Of a stretch of 64,000 nucleotides of DNA, positions 21,707 through 33,417 are shown piece after piece. The notes beneath the pieces were generated by a model. That model saw only the letters and a program-made list of their open reading frames with translations, made no database searches and was not told where the DNA came from. Source of the stretch: Salisapilia sapeloensis CBS 127946 (Eukaryota; Protista; Oomycota); contig JAADVB010000018.1 in assembly GCA_023334545.1 (NCBI GenBank), positions 1-64,000 of the forward strand. Reading direction: 5' to 3'. Positions within the stretch are counted from its first letter, which is position 1. Every line of letters starts with the position of its first letter. A program made the translations under genes and the position numbers.

Positions 21707-23022
21707 ATCTTGGAAGTAGGAAGCAAATTCGATTGTGGCAAAAGTCCATATCGATTCCTACTGCATTCTTGAAGCTGGCACATCCCACTTGACCGTCTCT
21801 ATCTCGTCGCGAGTGGCATTTTATTTGAAAGTCATTGAAACTACCACGGTTTCTACGGACATCTGGACTAGATTTCCAGACGACGCAGCCCGACGTGTCA
21901 AACAGAGCTCTAGTCGATACGTTTCATACTGTCACTGCATATCAATGGCGGTTGACTGCAATTGTAGCTGATGATGTGAATGGTACGTACAAAGGCTCAT
22001 CTGATGGAGGTTCAGTACTGAGCAGGAGCAAAGCGGGAAATTAGTGTAAAGGTGCATGCGGACTGTATCATATGTCTGCGGTCCCATCTCATCTTGTCTC
22101 CTACCAAATTGCGAACAGATAGGCTTTGCGCAAACACTTGCTTCGTCGGCATCTTGGAGGATGTATATCGCTTTATGCATGCAGGAATATGGTCGAAGAG
22201 AGAGGTTTATGTATGCCCTGATCAGGAATTTAGCTTGGTCTGCTGCGAAAGTATTCGAAGGCAAATCAGTTCTGAGTTCACTATCTTTTAAGATCTTCAT
22301 GTGGACCGTTTGACTCTCCGAGTCAGCTCCGGAACAAGTATTTCGTCTTGGAAGCGCTATGCTTGTTGCCCCTCGCCGCTTCTACGTTGCGATCGATCTA
22401 CTCGTTGAATTTTAATTTGATGATGGAGCAATGACATCTGTGCAGTATTAGTCTAGAAGACTTGTTGGGTGCATGCGAGTGTGTGTATGCGCATGGCACT
22501 TCAAGCGAGGTAGGACGGAGGTCTATAACGATCTTGGCAAGTACCATCGGATTGAAGCTATTATTCTCAATGTGCTACATGGCATTATATTTAATCTACA
22601 ACAATCGGAATGCAATTGCACACAGTAGAAATCGTAGCAAAAGGCGACTTTAATGGGCTAAAGCTCATGGACGACACACATATCCGCCATATTCATTCTC
22701 GTGAACCCATATCCAATCCGTTCAAGATTGATCCATATGCCTTATTACATGCACCACTAGAAAAATACTGTCCACAATCTCAATAATTGTCTTCTCTTCT
22801 CTACCCATACTTGCTATACACTTCCACACATTAATAGATCATCATGCAGTGATCTAGGACACTTGAAAAAGCCAGTAGATGACACCAGTCTAGCTCTTCT
22901 ACTCTTTTTATCCAATCCAATCGCTAGATACAACATTCCTACCAATCCCATGACGCTTACAACGTAACAACATCCATCGAACAAGCTCAAGGCACCCATA
23001 CGCGAGAGATCGCTCGAGCAAG

Positions 23023-24039
23023 ATGGCCGAAGTCATCCGAGTGCTGCTTATAAACCCGCTTTCCGACTCGACCGCACTCGTGTGTCTCCAACGGCCACTC
23101 GAGTGGTCCAGTGTCCTCAGTGACTTTTATCGTGAAATCACTGACACGGACGAAGTGCCCGGCGACCAGCTCCAATCCAATTGCCGCATCCTCGTGCATC
23201 CGACTAAGTCTAAGAATGAAAAAGGCGTAGCCGTATGCATTCTTTATCCCCATTCAGATCGTACCCATCTAATTAGGTTGTTCTATTGCATAGGTACGAC
23301 GCAATGCATTGGACCAGTCCATTCGAGATGGCGATCTACTATCCTTGGAAGGCTTTTCACTTAACACGAAGGATGAGCAGGATGGTGCGCCTCCTCCAGA
23401 GCTATTGGAACTCGCCGACTCACTCGACTTTGCTGCATTATCCGACCCGACACTAGGTCAACCACGCCCCACCAGCGTCAGCACATCGGATAACAAGATC
23501 AAACGACGGTCATCAAAACGCGGACGAAGCATCTCGTCCAAGTACTGGCTCGTGAACAAATTAGCCTCCAGTGGCAAGATTACGTACGTCCGATCTGCAT
23601 ATATTCTTAGATAGCCATCTAAATGTTGTCTAGGGAGGAAGAGAAGAAGAGTTTGAGAGAATTGTTGTGGGTCGCATCGGATGACTCGACGTTGCAACGT
23701 GCTTTCGATGAGTTTGAAGAGACGGGGGATGTGAACTTGTTATTGAATGTCAATGTCCAGTCGAAGAAAGCCCCTGTAGCACTGGAGCCTCTGTCGTTGT
23801 CGAATTACGACGCAGACGTGACGCAGCGTGTGAACGATAGTTTGGATTTATTGACCGTAACGAGCTTCCGGGATGATTTTTCCACTAGTACCGAGCCTAT
23901 TCTGTTTGACACGAAAGCAGAGACGGATGATGTGGATACGTACATCAACTCAGTCTTCAATTCGACTGACTTGGAAGCCCATACGCAGGCGCCGTTACCA
24001 GACGACTTGCAAGGCGTCGAAGAGCTGTTGAAAGACTAA
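23023..24039 (+). CDS. Hypothetical protein, 3 exons
   Basis: ORFs 23023, 23309 and 23623 join in frame through GTATGC..GCATAG and GTACGT..GTCTAG introns of typical size; no family recognised. Confidence 0.65.
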
Positions 24040-24072
24040 ATTGCCAAATCGTACTAACGTCTTGTTCTGTGT

Positions 24073-24522
24073 TTACCACCCTGGTGTCTCTTTCTCTTCC
24101 CATACGTTCGCTCTCGGTGGAGCTTTCGTTGGGTCTAATGGCGTGTCCTTGAGGTAGTCCTATGCATCCGATTAGCTTTCGAGAGTGGCGATTGGAGGTG
24201 GGTTGGAGTACCAATCGCTTCTCTTCGTCCATGAGACTAGCTCGGAAACAGTGGTACAGATTCTTCCACGTCGTTTTGCATTCATCTGGCTCGCCTTCGC
24301 GATAGTAGTGCGTCACTTGATTGCCTGGAGCTATGCAAATACGATGCCTTTAGCTACCGTCTACTTCTACTTCTACATTGAATACGAACTAACACAAAGG
24401 AAGGATCGGTCGAGGAACCATCGACAGGACATCTTGGAGAGTCTACCAGGCGGGTCACCATTCTCCTCTCGCATCTCATGGACATACCTCGAAGCAGACG
24501 CTTTCGCTACTTCACTCGCCAT
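24073..24522 (-). CDS. Twin CX9C mitochondrial intermembrane-space protein, Emi1/C22orf39 (DUF3128)-like, 3 exons
   Basis: Spliced product ..SCRWFLDRSFLCVTPGNQVTHYYREGEPDECKTTWKNLYHCF..NVWEEKETPGW contains two CX9C motifs and the family pattern. Confidence 0.8.
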
Positions 24523-24676
24523 TGCTTCTTTCCTGTGTCAATTGCCATACGTTTATTTTAGTTGTGATACTAAATAACAAACGTATTTATTTTCACGTAT
24601 AGGAATAAAAAAGGGAGAGGCTATTTTGACGTCCATAGCGGACGAGCATAAAAGACAAACGAGCGGACAGGAGAAG

Positions 24677-24988
24677 ATGAGTATCGTCGGGAAAATCGCT
24701 GGTATGTACCAGAAGCACGTGGGCAAGGCCCTCAGTCGCTACGGCCTCAAGTACGACGACTTGCTCGTGGAGACCGCGGAAGCACAGCTGGCGCTTGAAT
24801 GGGTGCCCAAGGAGGAGCAGACGGCCCGTCAGCGCCGTATCGCGCGAGCCATGGACTTGAGCTTCAAGCGCGTCTACTTGCCGGATGAGATTCAAAACTT
24901 GCAGCATCCGCTTGACCCGTACCTCAAGAACCACGTCGAGTACGCTACGGAGATGCTTGCGGAGCGCAAGGAGCTTACGCGTTGGTAG
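24677..24988 (+). CDS. QCR7: Cytochrome b-c1 complex subunit 7, 103 aa
   Basis: RYGLKYDDLLVE, ARQRRIARAMDLSFKRVYLP, PYL..ERKEL. Confidence 0.93.
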   Translation: MSIVGKIAGMYQKHVGKALSRYGLKYDDLLVETAEAQLALEWVPKEEQTARQRRIARAMDLSFKRVYLPDEIQNLQHPLDPYLKNHVEYATEMLAERKELTRW

Positions 24989-25143
24989 ATTTTCAATACG
25001 AAGCATGGTTTGCTGGCCACTCGAGCAGGAAGTGCAGGCTGTAGCGTGCATTTGAGACTTGGAGTAGCCAATACAAAAGTAAAATGGAGCTATGCATCCT
25101 CTTTTTTTGTTTTTATGCTTTCGTTTTCAATCTAAAAGTAGAC

Positions 25144-26159
25144 ATGCAGACGAGGGTGAGGAGTGGGAGAAAGACAGCTCGGCCTGCTCTAGCTAGTCAT
25201 GTAAATGCTCCTCAGTCTAATCAAAGCTCCACGGCAGAATTGTTTGCCAAGGTCGATAAAGAGTTAGGGATCGTCCATGACGATGGCGATGCTAGAGTCG
25301 ATAACGCTCTGTGCTTTCGCTCTTCCAGCAGACTACCGCTTGAGAAGCGAAAGGCTCGACCAGCATCAGCTCCTGCTGTTCGGGTGGAACGTACAGATCC
25401 GAACAAGTCTAGTGGAAACCCGTCCATGTCGATTGAATACTTGAGGTTAGCAGCAGCAAAACGAAAGGAAAAGGAACGTGTTTTTGCGGTAAGTAGGCTG
25501 TAGACGTGATGCTGGCGTGAAGAGAGTAATGGAAAATGGACAGAGAGAACTGCAGCGACAGGATCAAGACTATAAAGCGAAAATTACACTTCATATCGTA
25601 CGTCTATAACTCCAGGTTACAAGTACTAGTTCACATTTTCCATTAGGAGCAAGCGAACAAAATTGCCGAGACCACCGGAACGAAACAGCTCTTCGAGATC
25701 ACTTCGGTAGGATACTCATACCAGTAAGTCTCTCATTTCATTCTTACCTCATGATAGGATCGAGATGGCGTTCTTATGGTGAAAGTGACGGAAAATGAAA
25801 GTCGGCGGATGATATCAGGTGAAATGTTTTTAAGAGAGTTCGAACGACTCGCGACGGTGCCATTAGGACATCATGCGATCGACAACGGGCTGAAAGCAAG
25901 TACTGACAAACAAACGATCTCTACCGCGAGGAAGAGCGCCCATCTCCAAGTTGCTCAGCCATCGTCTACGAAAACGGGGAGCAACGTAGCAATGGAAACT
26001 CGGACTTTTCAACCGCCTAGTCGAGCTCAAGTACAGCAAGAGCTACAAGGTGTGCTGAGGAGTACTGTGGAGCTGACGAAAGTGTTGCAAAGCCAACTGA
26101 ACGAACTAAAGCTCAAAGGCTGGAACTTTACCGCTAGTGACCGAATGTATCCTAGTTGA
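25144..26159 (+). CDS. Hypothetical multi-exon protein (internal exon structure unresolved)
   Basis: Open first exon ends at a GTAAGT donor; several intron-like segments follow; last exon DRDGVLMVKV..QLNELKLKGW ends at TGA 26159. Confidence 0.5.
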
Positions 26160-26562
26160 ACGACATATCTCCAGATGAAATGTCCTGCTGTTATCTACAT
26201 GATCTGTACTCTCTTCTATTCTCTTTTGCTTCACGGTGCCAAGTCTCCATACAAAGAGACCGTAGGAGTATTGCTCACATAGAGATAGTACACATACTCT
26301 TCTGCCATTGTTAGCTACGTGAAGATGACGAGCATGTCGATTGGAGCATGATGTGACATATTGAGATGCGTCGACCTTCCCGGCACTCAAAGGCGTCGGC
26401 ATAGACTGCGGTATTTGAAACGTATTACTTTATTTTTTAATCAATTCCAATCACAATGGAATAAAGATGGATGAGTTGGGTACACTGGCAAGAAGAGAGC
26501 AGTCAGCGTCTTATCCGAGATACACTTTCGTCATTGTTGATTTAGCTTCCTGCATCCAAGTC

Positions 26563-27963
26563 ATGTCTGAAGGAAAGCATCGATTCGCGAAACCTTTTCA
26601 TCTCTGGGCACTTGGCGTAGGTGCTGTCATCTCGGGAGATTTCTTTGGATGGCAAGCAGCACTCGCAGCAGGCTTTGATGGTCTCCTCATCGTCTTGGCG
26701 GTCACTACTGTTCTCTATATCCTCCTTGCATTCTCCATTGCTGAGCTTTCAGCTATGCTTCCAACTGGCGGAGGTCCCTACGTCTTCTCTCTTCATGGTA
26801 TTGGTAGCTCGGCCGCTTTCTTTGCTGGTATCGCGGAGAGTCTCAAAGTCATTGCGACGGTGGTCGTAGTCGTGGTCGGTATCGGATCGTACTTGAACCA
26901 ACTCATCGATCTAAGTGATGAATGGTCTCCCCTCTGGTGGGTCATTTTCTACGTCGTTTTCATCGGACTGAATACCATCGGTGTGGAGCTATCGTTCCGA
27001 GTACAGCTCGTTGCCACCGTGCTGTCTATCCTCTTGCTTCTGGTGTTTTACGTCGCAGCTGCAACACAGATCTCGTACGACGAGTGGGTAGCAAAACAGG
27101 ATTGGAAGTTTCCAGACGGATTTACAGGCGTCATCAAAGGCTTCTCCTTCTCCCTCTGGTTCTACTTGGGCATCGAGGAGCTACCACTAGCCGTCGAAGA
27201 GACGATCGATCCGGTGAAGAACATGCCAAGAGGTCTCATCACATCTATAGCGACACTTGTCGTCGTTGCTTTTTGTACCGTGATTTTCAATTCGATGATC
27301 TCACCCGGTGCTTCGGTACTTGTAAACTCTGGGTCGCCTCTCTTAGACGGCTACAATTCTGTCTTCGGAGATAACAGCACGACTGCAGGCTTTACGTGGC
27401 TCTTGGTAGTAGGCCTCGTCTGCAGTTTCCACTCGTTTATGTTCTGCATGGGTCGATTGCTCTATGCTATCGCAAAGGATGGCTACTTCCCTGCTTTCTT
27501 GACGAAAGTTACGCCAAAGAGAGATACGCCATGGGTGGCGTTTGTTGTCGGTAGCTCTATTGGTCTCTTTATCGCTCTTATTCTTCACTTTTCCATCGGA
27601 GACACTCGTCTCGGATCCGTGCTTGTCAACTTGGCACTCATTGGAGCTCTTGTGTCATATGTGCTGCAATTATCTTCCTTCATCGCGCTCCGGATCAAGG
27701 AACCAGAGAGGGCTCGACCGTACCGAAGTCCGTTTGGTGTTACCGGAGCTGTGATCTGCATCGTCCTCTGCGCCTGGTCGTTCTTCACGATCATCTACTC
27801 TGGTGCTTCGGACTCGGACTTCTTGGCTTCTATCATCGCTGCTGCTCTCTTCTTCGTCGCTGGTGCAGTCTACTTCTTCACGCACCTGCGTCACCGCCTC
27901 CCTCATACCACCATCGGTCAAGAACGTCTCCTGAGCTCTGGGTACAGTAGCAGCAAAGTCTGA
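26563..27963 (+). CDS. EAT-like APC permease, 466 aa, copy B
   Basis: Same length and motifs as copy A when started at ATG 26563 (MSEGKHRF); the ORF-track upstream extension has no counterpart in copy A. Confidence 0.9.
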   Translation: MSEGKHRFAKPFHLWALGVGAVISGDFFGWQAALAAGFDGLLIVLAVTTVLYILLAFSIAELSAMLPTGGGPYVFSLHGIGSSAAFFAGIAESLKVIATVVVVVVGIGSYLNQLIDLSDEWSPLWWVIFYVVFIGLNTIGVELSFRVQLVATVLSILLLLVFYVAAATQISYDEWVAKQDWKFPDGFTGVIKGFSFSLWFYLGIEELPLAVEETIDPVKNMPRGLITSIATLVVVAFCTVIFNSMISPGASVLVNSGSPLLDGYNSVFGDNSTTAGFTWLLVVGLVCSFHSFMFCMGRLLYAIAKDGYFPAFLTKVTPKRDTPWVAFVVGSSIGLFIALILHFSIGDTRLGSVLVNLALIGALVSYVLQLSSFIALRIKEPERARPYRSPFGVTGAVICIVLCAWSFFTIIYSGASDSDFLASIIAAALFFVAGAVYFFTHLRHRLPHTTIGQERLLSSGYSSSKV

Positions 27964-28641
27964 GTCAATGAGACTCGGACGTCGCCTGCACCAAGATTAC
28001 CACTTCTTTAGTGTTCATACATCCAAAGTCGTTTACTTGTCTATTCTTTTTGTTATTGTCGTTGTTGTCGTATCTGCTAGCCTTTCACAACTAGATAGGC
28101 ACGATATTTACATTCGGCCGATTTAAACTGCTTTTCATCTCGCTTTCACTCGAGAAGAACCCACTCCCTCCTTATCGGCGATGATACCTGACCAGATGAT
28201 ATCCTAGGCTTTGCTAGAAACCACAAACCAAGACTTAAGACCCACCGGTCAAGTTTCCTCACCTCTAGCTTTCATAGCAGCTTGCAGTCGCACTGTGCCT
28301 AAGTCTGTACTTTGTTTCCATCGGCTACTCAATACAGTCACCTGATGAAGCACTTGGTGACTGTAGAAATAAAAATGAAAAAGTTAAAGTCTATCAGCAG
28401 ACCAACAGACAGAGCTTCATGTCCAAATTACCATGAGGTAATCGATATGAAGGTATCTTAACAAGGTTTATTCAATCACTAAATATTCTAACTGAAACGG
28501 ACGTTTGTTTTAGCTATAAATAGGTCGTGCGACTCTCTTCCTCGTCCGAGTTTTATCGTGGATCTATAGACATCACACAGACAGACCGTTTCTTGTACTC
28601 GTCTTTTGTTGCCTGAAGAAAGTGAATAAAGACAAGAAAAC

Positions 28642-29406
28642 ATGACATCGAATGGTTCTTCGCTTGAGAGTGGGAACATCAAGTTTCTTAGTGTAGCTCG
28701 TGCTACGGACAAGAGTATCATTGCCAGTTACGTGCATGAACCTAAGAAAAGTGGCACGGATGAACTTGCGGCATATCGTGAGATGGCAGAAAAGGTCTTG
28801 AAAGCACCGACTTTCGCGTCTCAAGTGGCACCAAACGGACGTCACTCACTCGAGTGCTCTCCACACAAATTCCACTTTATGATGGACTCAGCAGAGCTCG
28901 TGTTCATCGTGATTACCGTCCAAGATTACCCCGTTCGTCTTGCCTTCCAGTTGATTGGGAAGATGCAGGAAGATCTGCAGCCGAAATTGTTAAAAGCATT
29001 GACGTGCAAACCAAATGCATTGGACAAGGACTGCAAGAAGGAGATGAAGACGATAGCAGTAACCTACGATGATACGACCAAGATGGACAAACTAGCTCAA
29101 GTCCAGCACCAAGTGGACAATGTCCGATCAGTCATGCATGATAATATCAAAGTAGTGCTTGGCAATACGGACAAGATGGAGAATTTAGAGCAAAAGTCAG
29201 ACGCACTAGGTGAACAAGCCAAGATGTTTCGATCTGGTGGACGTGAACTACGCCGAAAGATGTGGATGCAAAACGCTCGGATGACGATTTTATTGGCATT
29301 TGTATTTCTATTCATCGTGCTTATTGTTCTAGCGATTCTCGGTGTCTTTGACTCGAGTGATGAGACAAGCACTGATACCGATACGCGCTACCTTCGCTCG
29401 GAATAA
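28642..29406 (+). CDS. VAMP7: Longin-domain R-SNARE (VAMP7 family)
   Basis: N-terminal longin domain (YPVRLAFQLI), SNARE motif VDNVRSVMHDNIKVVLGNTDKMENLEQKSDAL, RKMW, C-terminal TM. Confidence 0.9.
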   Translation: MTSNGSSLESGNIKFLSVARATDKSIIASYVHEPKKSGTDELAAYREMAEKVLKAPTFASQVAPNGRHSLECSPHKFHFMMDSAELVFIVITVQDYPVRLAFQLIGKMQEDLQPKLLKALTCKPNALDKDCKKEMKTIAVTYDDTTKMDKLAQVQHQVDNVRSVMHDNIKVVLGNTDKMENLEQKSDALGEQAKMFRSGGRELRRKMWMQNARMTILLAFVFLFIVLIVLAILGVFDSSDETSTDTDTRYLRSE

Positions 29407-29491
29407 GAAACAAATAAAAGAATTTGCAAAAGAAAAGAGAATAAGAATTTTGTTTATTATTGGCGCCAAGTACCTCAAACGGATCGAATAA

Positions 29492-30711
29492 ATGGCAGAA
29501 GAAGGCGCAAGTGCTGTGCTCAAGCAGACGCAGGAGGACCCACGGTTCGTACGTGGCCGAGAGCTTCTAAAAGAGAAGAGATTCGAGGAAGCGATTGAAG
29601 TTCTAGCAGACATGCTACGCACCATGTAAGTCAGGTCTATCGACAACATCGAACCGTCATTTTTATCTTTATAACGTAGGATTGAGACGGAGGATAAGGC
29701 AGAATCGCTTGCCGTGGCTCCAGTCTACTACGAGTATGGCCATGCAATGCTATCGTTGGCCGAGGTGCTTGATCCATCGTTTAAATATACGAATAAAGCA
29801 TCTCATGAGATGTTTGATAGGTCACTGCGAGTGTCTTTGGATCTGCAGTGCAGGAAGAAGGAACAAGCGATGAGCAGCAGGCTAAGAATACTGCCGACGA
29901 CTTGGAAGTAGCATGGGAGAACTTGGAATTAGCTCGTGTTTTATTATCTAAACATCATGAGGAGTTATCAGACGAAAGCGAGGATAAAATTGCGCTGGAA
30001 AAGGAATTAGCGCGCGTCTACATGCGTTTGGGGGATCTCGGGATGGAGTCAGAAGTATTTGAAAGAGCTCGTGCGGATTATGAAAAGAGTGTCCTCTTAC
30101 GAAAGCAAGTACTCGCGTATACTAAAGATCGTGATACGACGCCATTAGCCGACTTGTACTGTTGTCTCGCGATCTCTTGCATCTATGAAGACGCGACGCC
30201 ATCGACAGAAGAGAGTAAAGAGCCGGAGGTGTCGAAAGTAGTTGAGAAGGAAAAGAATGGGTTAGAGTACTATGTCCTAGCTGGTAAAGTCATGGCAGAG
30301 AACATCCATCGCGTTTCTTCGGACTGTAGCGACAGCATCAAGTCGTTTGTTGATAGTCGCATTCCTCGCTTTGATGAGCCAGAAGGTAAAGGGAAGAAAA
30401 AAGCGACTGTCGATGTCGACTATCTTCCATTCCTCTTGGAATCTGGCATGACGAGTGTCAAGGAAGATTTTGCTTCTTGTCTCCAAGCTGCTGAGAGCAA
30501 GGAAGACAAGATGAGTAAGGATGAAGAGACGTTGCTAGAGTACATGGAGATCTATGTGGAGCTGAAGGAGAAAGTGGATGGATTGCGAGAGAGTATTCAA
30601 ACGAGTAAAGAGGAGACGAAGGAAGTGGAGACGACGGTCGGATTTGAGAAACGAGAGAGAGAGCCAGAGACCGTGAACGTGATGCAAGTGAAGAAACGTA
30701 AAACGGAATGA
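29492..30711 (+). CDS. NASP: NASP/Sim3-family SHNi-TPR histone H3-H4 chaperone, 3 exons
   Basis: APVYYEYGHAML, DDLEVAWENLELAR, LARVYMRLGDLGMESEVF, C-terminal VKKRK; introns 29626-29679 and about 29765-29820. Confidence 0.88.
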
Positions 30712-30727
30712 GACGTCTTTTTCTTCT

Positions 30728-33286
30728 TTAGGCACTGTGTTGAATAATATCCAACGCTTCCTTTGCATCATCGTTCTCGATGCTTGGAAGTGTGTTCTTC
30801 ATCCGTTCGACGTGCGGTCGGAAGCGCAGACCAATGTCTTTCATGCGACTTACGGCACTCGTGAACCAATTGTCACGAAAGTCGACGCCATCGCCCATAG
30901 ATCGACTCTTGTGCTCCGACATGGCAGTCGAGAAGCCAGTAAAGATCATTGTGAGAGCCTCATCCATCGCCTGTTCATCGTCGGCGTACAGCGCAAGAGC
31001 GTCGAATGCGACCTCCCAGATGTACGGCCAACTGAACTGCGGCACGACTTCCGGCGTGAATAGCCACTTGGCGACAGTCGAGAGTGTCAGGCGACGTTGA
31101 CGGAGCATCATGTTCGCAATGAGCGCAACGTGCTGAGGAGACTGTGCCCAGACTTTGGCAAGTGTCTGTAAGACGATCATCTCGTCACTAAACGTTTCAA
31201 TGCCAGACGGATAGCGCTCTAACAGGAGACGAATGTGCGTAAAGGTGGCGGCACCAGCCTCCAGCATACTCGTCCACAAGAGTTCAGTCGCAACGACGAC
31301 ACCTAATTCTTCCTTGGTATCGATTTGCTCTTGGAGGAAGGCTACGAGAACATCTGCAGGTGGATGCGTCTTGAGCTTACTACTGATCTCTTCGTATGCG
31401 GACGAGAGCGTGCTATCGTTAGCAAAGCGATTCACAGGCTGAGGAGACGGAGGGAGGAGCGTATGTAGGTCGGAAGGCAGAGCTTCTTGCATCAACTGAC
31501 GATAGGAAAGACGGACGCAACGCTCTAGCACGGACGACACGAAGACACGCTGCGGGTCATCTTGACGTGCGTCGAGGACGAACGTCCATCGCGCCCAGGC
31601 CCATTTGAATTCAAAGTTAGAAAGGAAGTGGGAGAAGAGGAGGACGAAAGAGTCGATGGTAGAGGACGACATGGACGGAAGTTCACGGAACAAGAGCTCT
31701 ACGACCGTCGCGAGAGCCGGTGATACGGCACGTGCATCGGTTTTAACCAAGTGGCGAAGGACAGAGCAATAGTAGATGAGTTCCTTGCGTGTCTTGCTCG
31801 CGAGTGCAGTAGACAGGAGTGTTTCGAGGAGAAGGAACTCGCCTTTAATGCCTTCCATACGACTGCTGATGTCCTTGGCGAGCGCAATGAGTTGCTTGGC
31901 TGCCATCGCAGGCTTCGGATCGAACGTCTGGAAGGTGTGGAGGAAGGACGAACGGAACGAAAGGTAGGATGCGAGAGGAAGAGCGTGAATGGCAGCTCCT
32001 TGGGCACCTGTTTCAGCGGTGAAGATGCGAAAGAAGAGAGGGTAGGAAGGCGTTTTCGACGGATCGAATGCTTCGAACGTGACGGCCGCGTCGATCGGGT
32101 GTTCGTTCGCATTCCGTGTAAAGGTAGAGGGGAAGATGGACACAGGATCGACTACACCAGGCGTTTCGTAGATGCTTTTGTCTGACTCTTGCTTGTGTAG
32201 CGAGGAGAAGGCGGCGTATTGAATGGACAGAAGGTCGTGTGATTGACAGAACGAGACCAAGTCTTCTTCTGGTTCGTACAGAAGATGCAGACGGACACGA
32301 CGTACGAGCCATGAGGACTCTTGTCCTTCCTCTCGGAATGAAATGAAGTCACTGCAGCGACTCACGAGACTAGTGAACATGGCGTCGTCGGCCTGTTGTA
32401 GTGCTTTCCCACCGTGTGTGAGTGCGTCGAGGACAACGGAAGCGAAAAATTCTTTCATGGGAACAATGTCATCCAGTTCGGACGTGCAAACAGACTGGAG
32501 GCTATCGAGAATGCGAAGGACGTCGCTCGCGTCAGTCACGTGGACACTTACGAGCGACGTTAAGAAGCGAACGAAGAGACGCAGTTTGAGCGCTCGTTCG
32601 TCTATTTCTTGGATCGTGTACGATCGAGAGTCATCTGGTGACTGGAAGAAGAACATCAAGAGCGTCTGGATGCGAGTACATGTCGTCTGGAGAACGTATC
32701 GTCCAAAATCAGGCTTTTGCTGATTCACTAGACCAACGAGAGACGCATATAAATGGGTCTTGTGAGCTAGACGAGTGACACCACGCAAGACAAGGTCTCC
32801 TAACGCGTTCGTCTTCACCTCCGGATCTTGCTCGAGCTCCTGGATGATGCGCTGACTGGCATTCGATAGCTCTTCTGTTAGTTCCTCTGCAGTCGAATAC
32901 GCATCACCAAGCGGTGTCTTTTCACCTAGCTCGATGATACACTTCTTGGCTAGTCTCCATTTCCTATCGCTTTCGCTTTCCGGTGGAGGCGCAGGGGGAC
33001 CCCTCGATCGGCCAGTGTAGTGCGACGGACGACGGTAGTTTCGATCACGGCCACGGTCGTCATTGTAGCGAGGCCTCTTGGCATCTCGATAATGATCCGG
33101 CGAACCGCCTCGATTCCTATACCCGTCTTGCTCATCGAAAGAGCGACGTCGACGCCTAGAGCTGTCATTCGCGTCAGCTCTCGACTCGTAGTGACTGTCA
33201 TTAGATCCGTTGTTCCTCTCGGATGTATTGTCCATGGCAGAGTAGGACGTGGAGGATGTATCGGCTGGTGGTATGTCCTCGTTCAT
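30728..33286 (-). CDS. NCBP1: Nuclear cap-binding protein subunit 1 (CBP80)
   Basis: HKTHLYASLVGLVN, FSHFLSNFEFKWAWARW, VLERCVRLSY; MIF4G-like repeats; basic low-complexity N-terminus. Confidence 0.92.
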   Translation of the reverse strand: MNEDIPPADTSSTSYSAMDNTSERNNGSNDSHYESRADANDSSRRRRRSFDEQDGYRNRGGSPDHYRDAKRPRYNDDRGRDRNYRRPSHYTGRSRGPPAPPPESESDRKWRLAKKCIIELGEKTPLGDAYSTAEELTEELSNASQRIIQELEQDPEVKTNALGDLVLRGVTRLAHKTHLYASLVGLVNQQKPDFGRYVLQTTCTRIQTLLMFFFQSPDDSRSYTIQEIDERALKLRLFVRFLTSLVSVHVTDASDVLRILDSLQSVCTSELDDIVPMKEFFASVVLDALTHGGKALQQADDAMFTSLVSRCSDFISFREEGQESSWLVRRVRLHLLYEPEEDLVSFCQSHDLLSIQYAAFSSLHKQESDKSIYETPGVVDPVSIFPSTFTRNANEHPIDAAVTFEAFDPSKTPSYPLFFRIFTAETGAQGAAIHALPLASYLSFRSSFLHTFQTFDPKPAMAAKQLIALAKDISSRMEGIKGEFLLLETLLSTALASKTRKELIYYCSVLRHLVKTDARAVSPALATVVELLFRELPSMSSSTIDSFVLLFSHFLSNFEFKWAWARWTFVLDARQDDPQRVFVSSVLERCVRLSYRQLMQEALPSDLHTLLPPSPQPVNRFANDSTLSSAYEEISSKLKTHPPADVLVAFLQEQIDTKEELGVVVATELLWTSMLEAGAATFTHIRLLLERYPSGIETFSDEMIVLQTLAKVWAQSPQHVALIANMMLRQRRLTLSTVAKWLFTPEVVPQFSWPYIWEVAFDALALYADDEQAMDEALTMIFTGFSTAMSEHKSRSMGDGVDFRDNWFTSAVSRMKDIGLRFRPHVERMKNTLPSIENDDAKEALDIIQHSA

Positions 33287-33417
33287 GATGCAGAAGGAAG
33301 CAGGAGCTGCAGGAGGCGATGTGGTCCACGATCGATCCGTTTTCTACCAATGGTGTTTGGTACGGGAGTGGTACATGCAATCTTGAAGGGATGGATGCCA
33401 ATATCTTTCCATTTAAA

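Larger units (their letters stand above)
20135..28135. repeat. Large inverted repeat pair (arms about 20135-21730 and about 26540-28135) enclosing about 4.8 kb with four genes
   Basis: Arms comprise the two permease genes plus about 175 bp of 3' flank, in which I counted 2 mismatches. Confidence 0.9.

Noticed and set aside
21932-22300. 122-aa minus-strand ORF upstream of permease copy A
   Set aside because: No motif, no paralog in the window and competing ORFs on both strands; cannot be supported.
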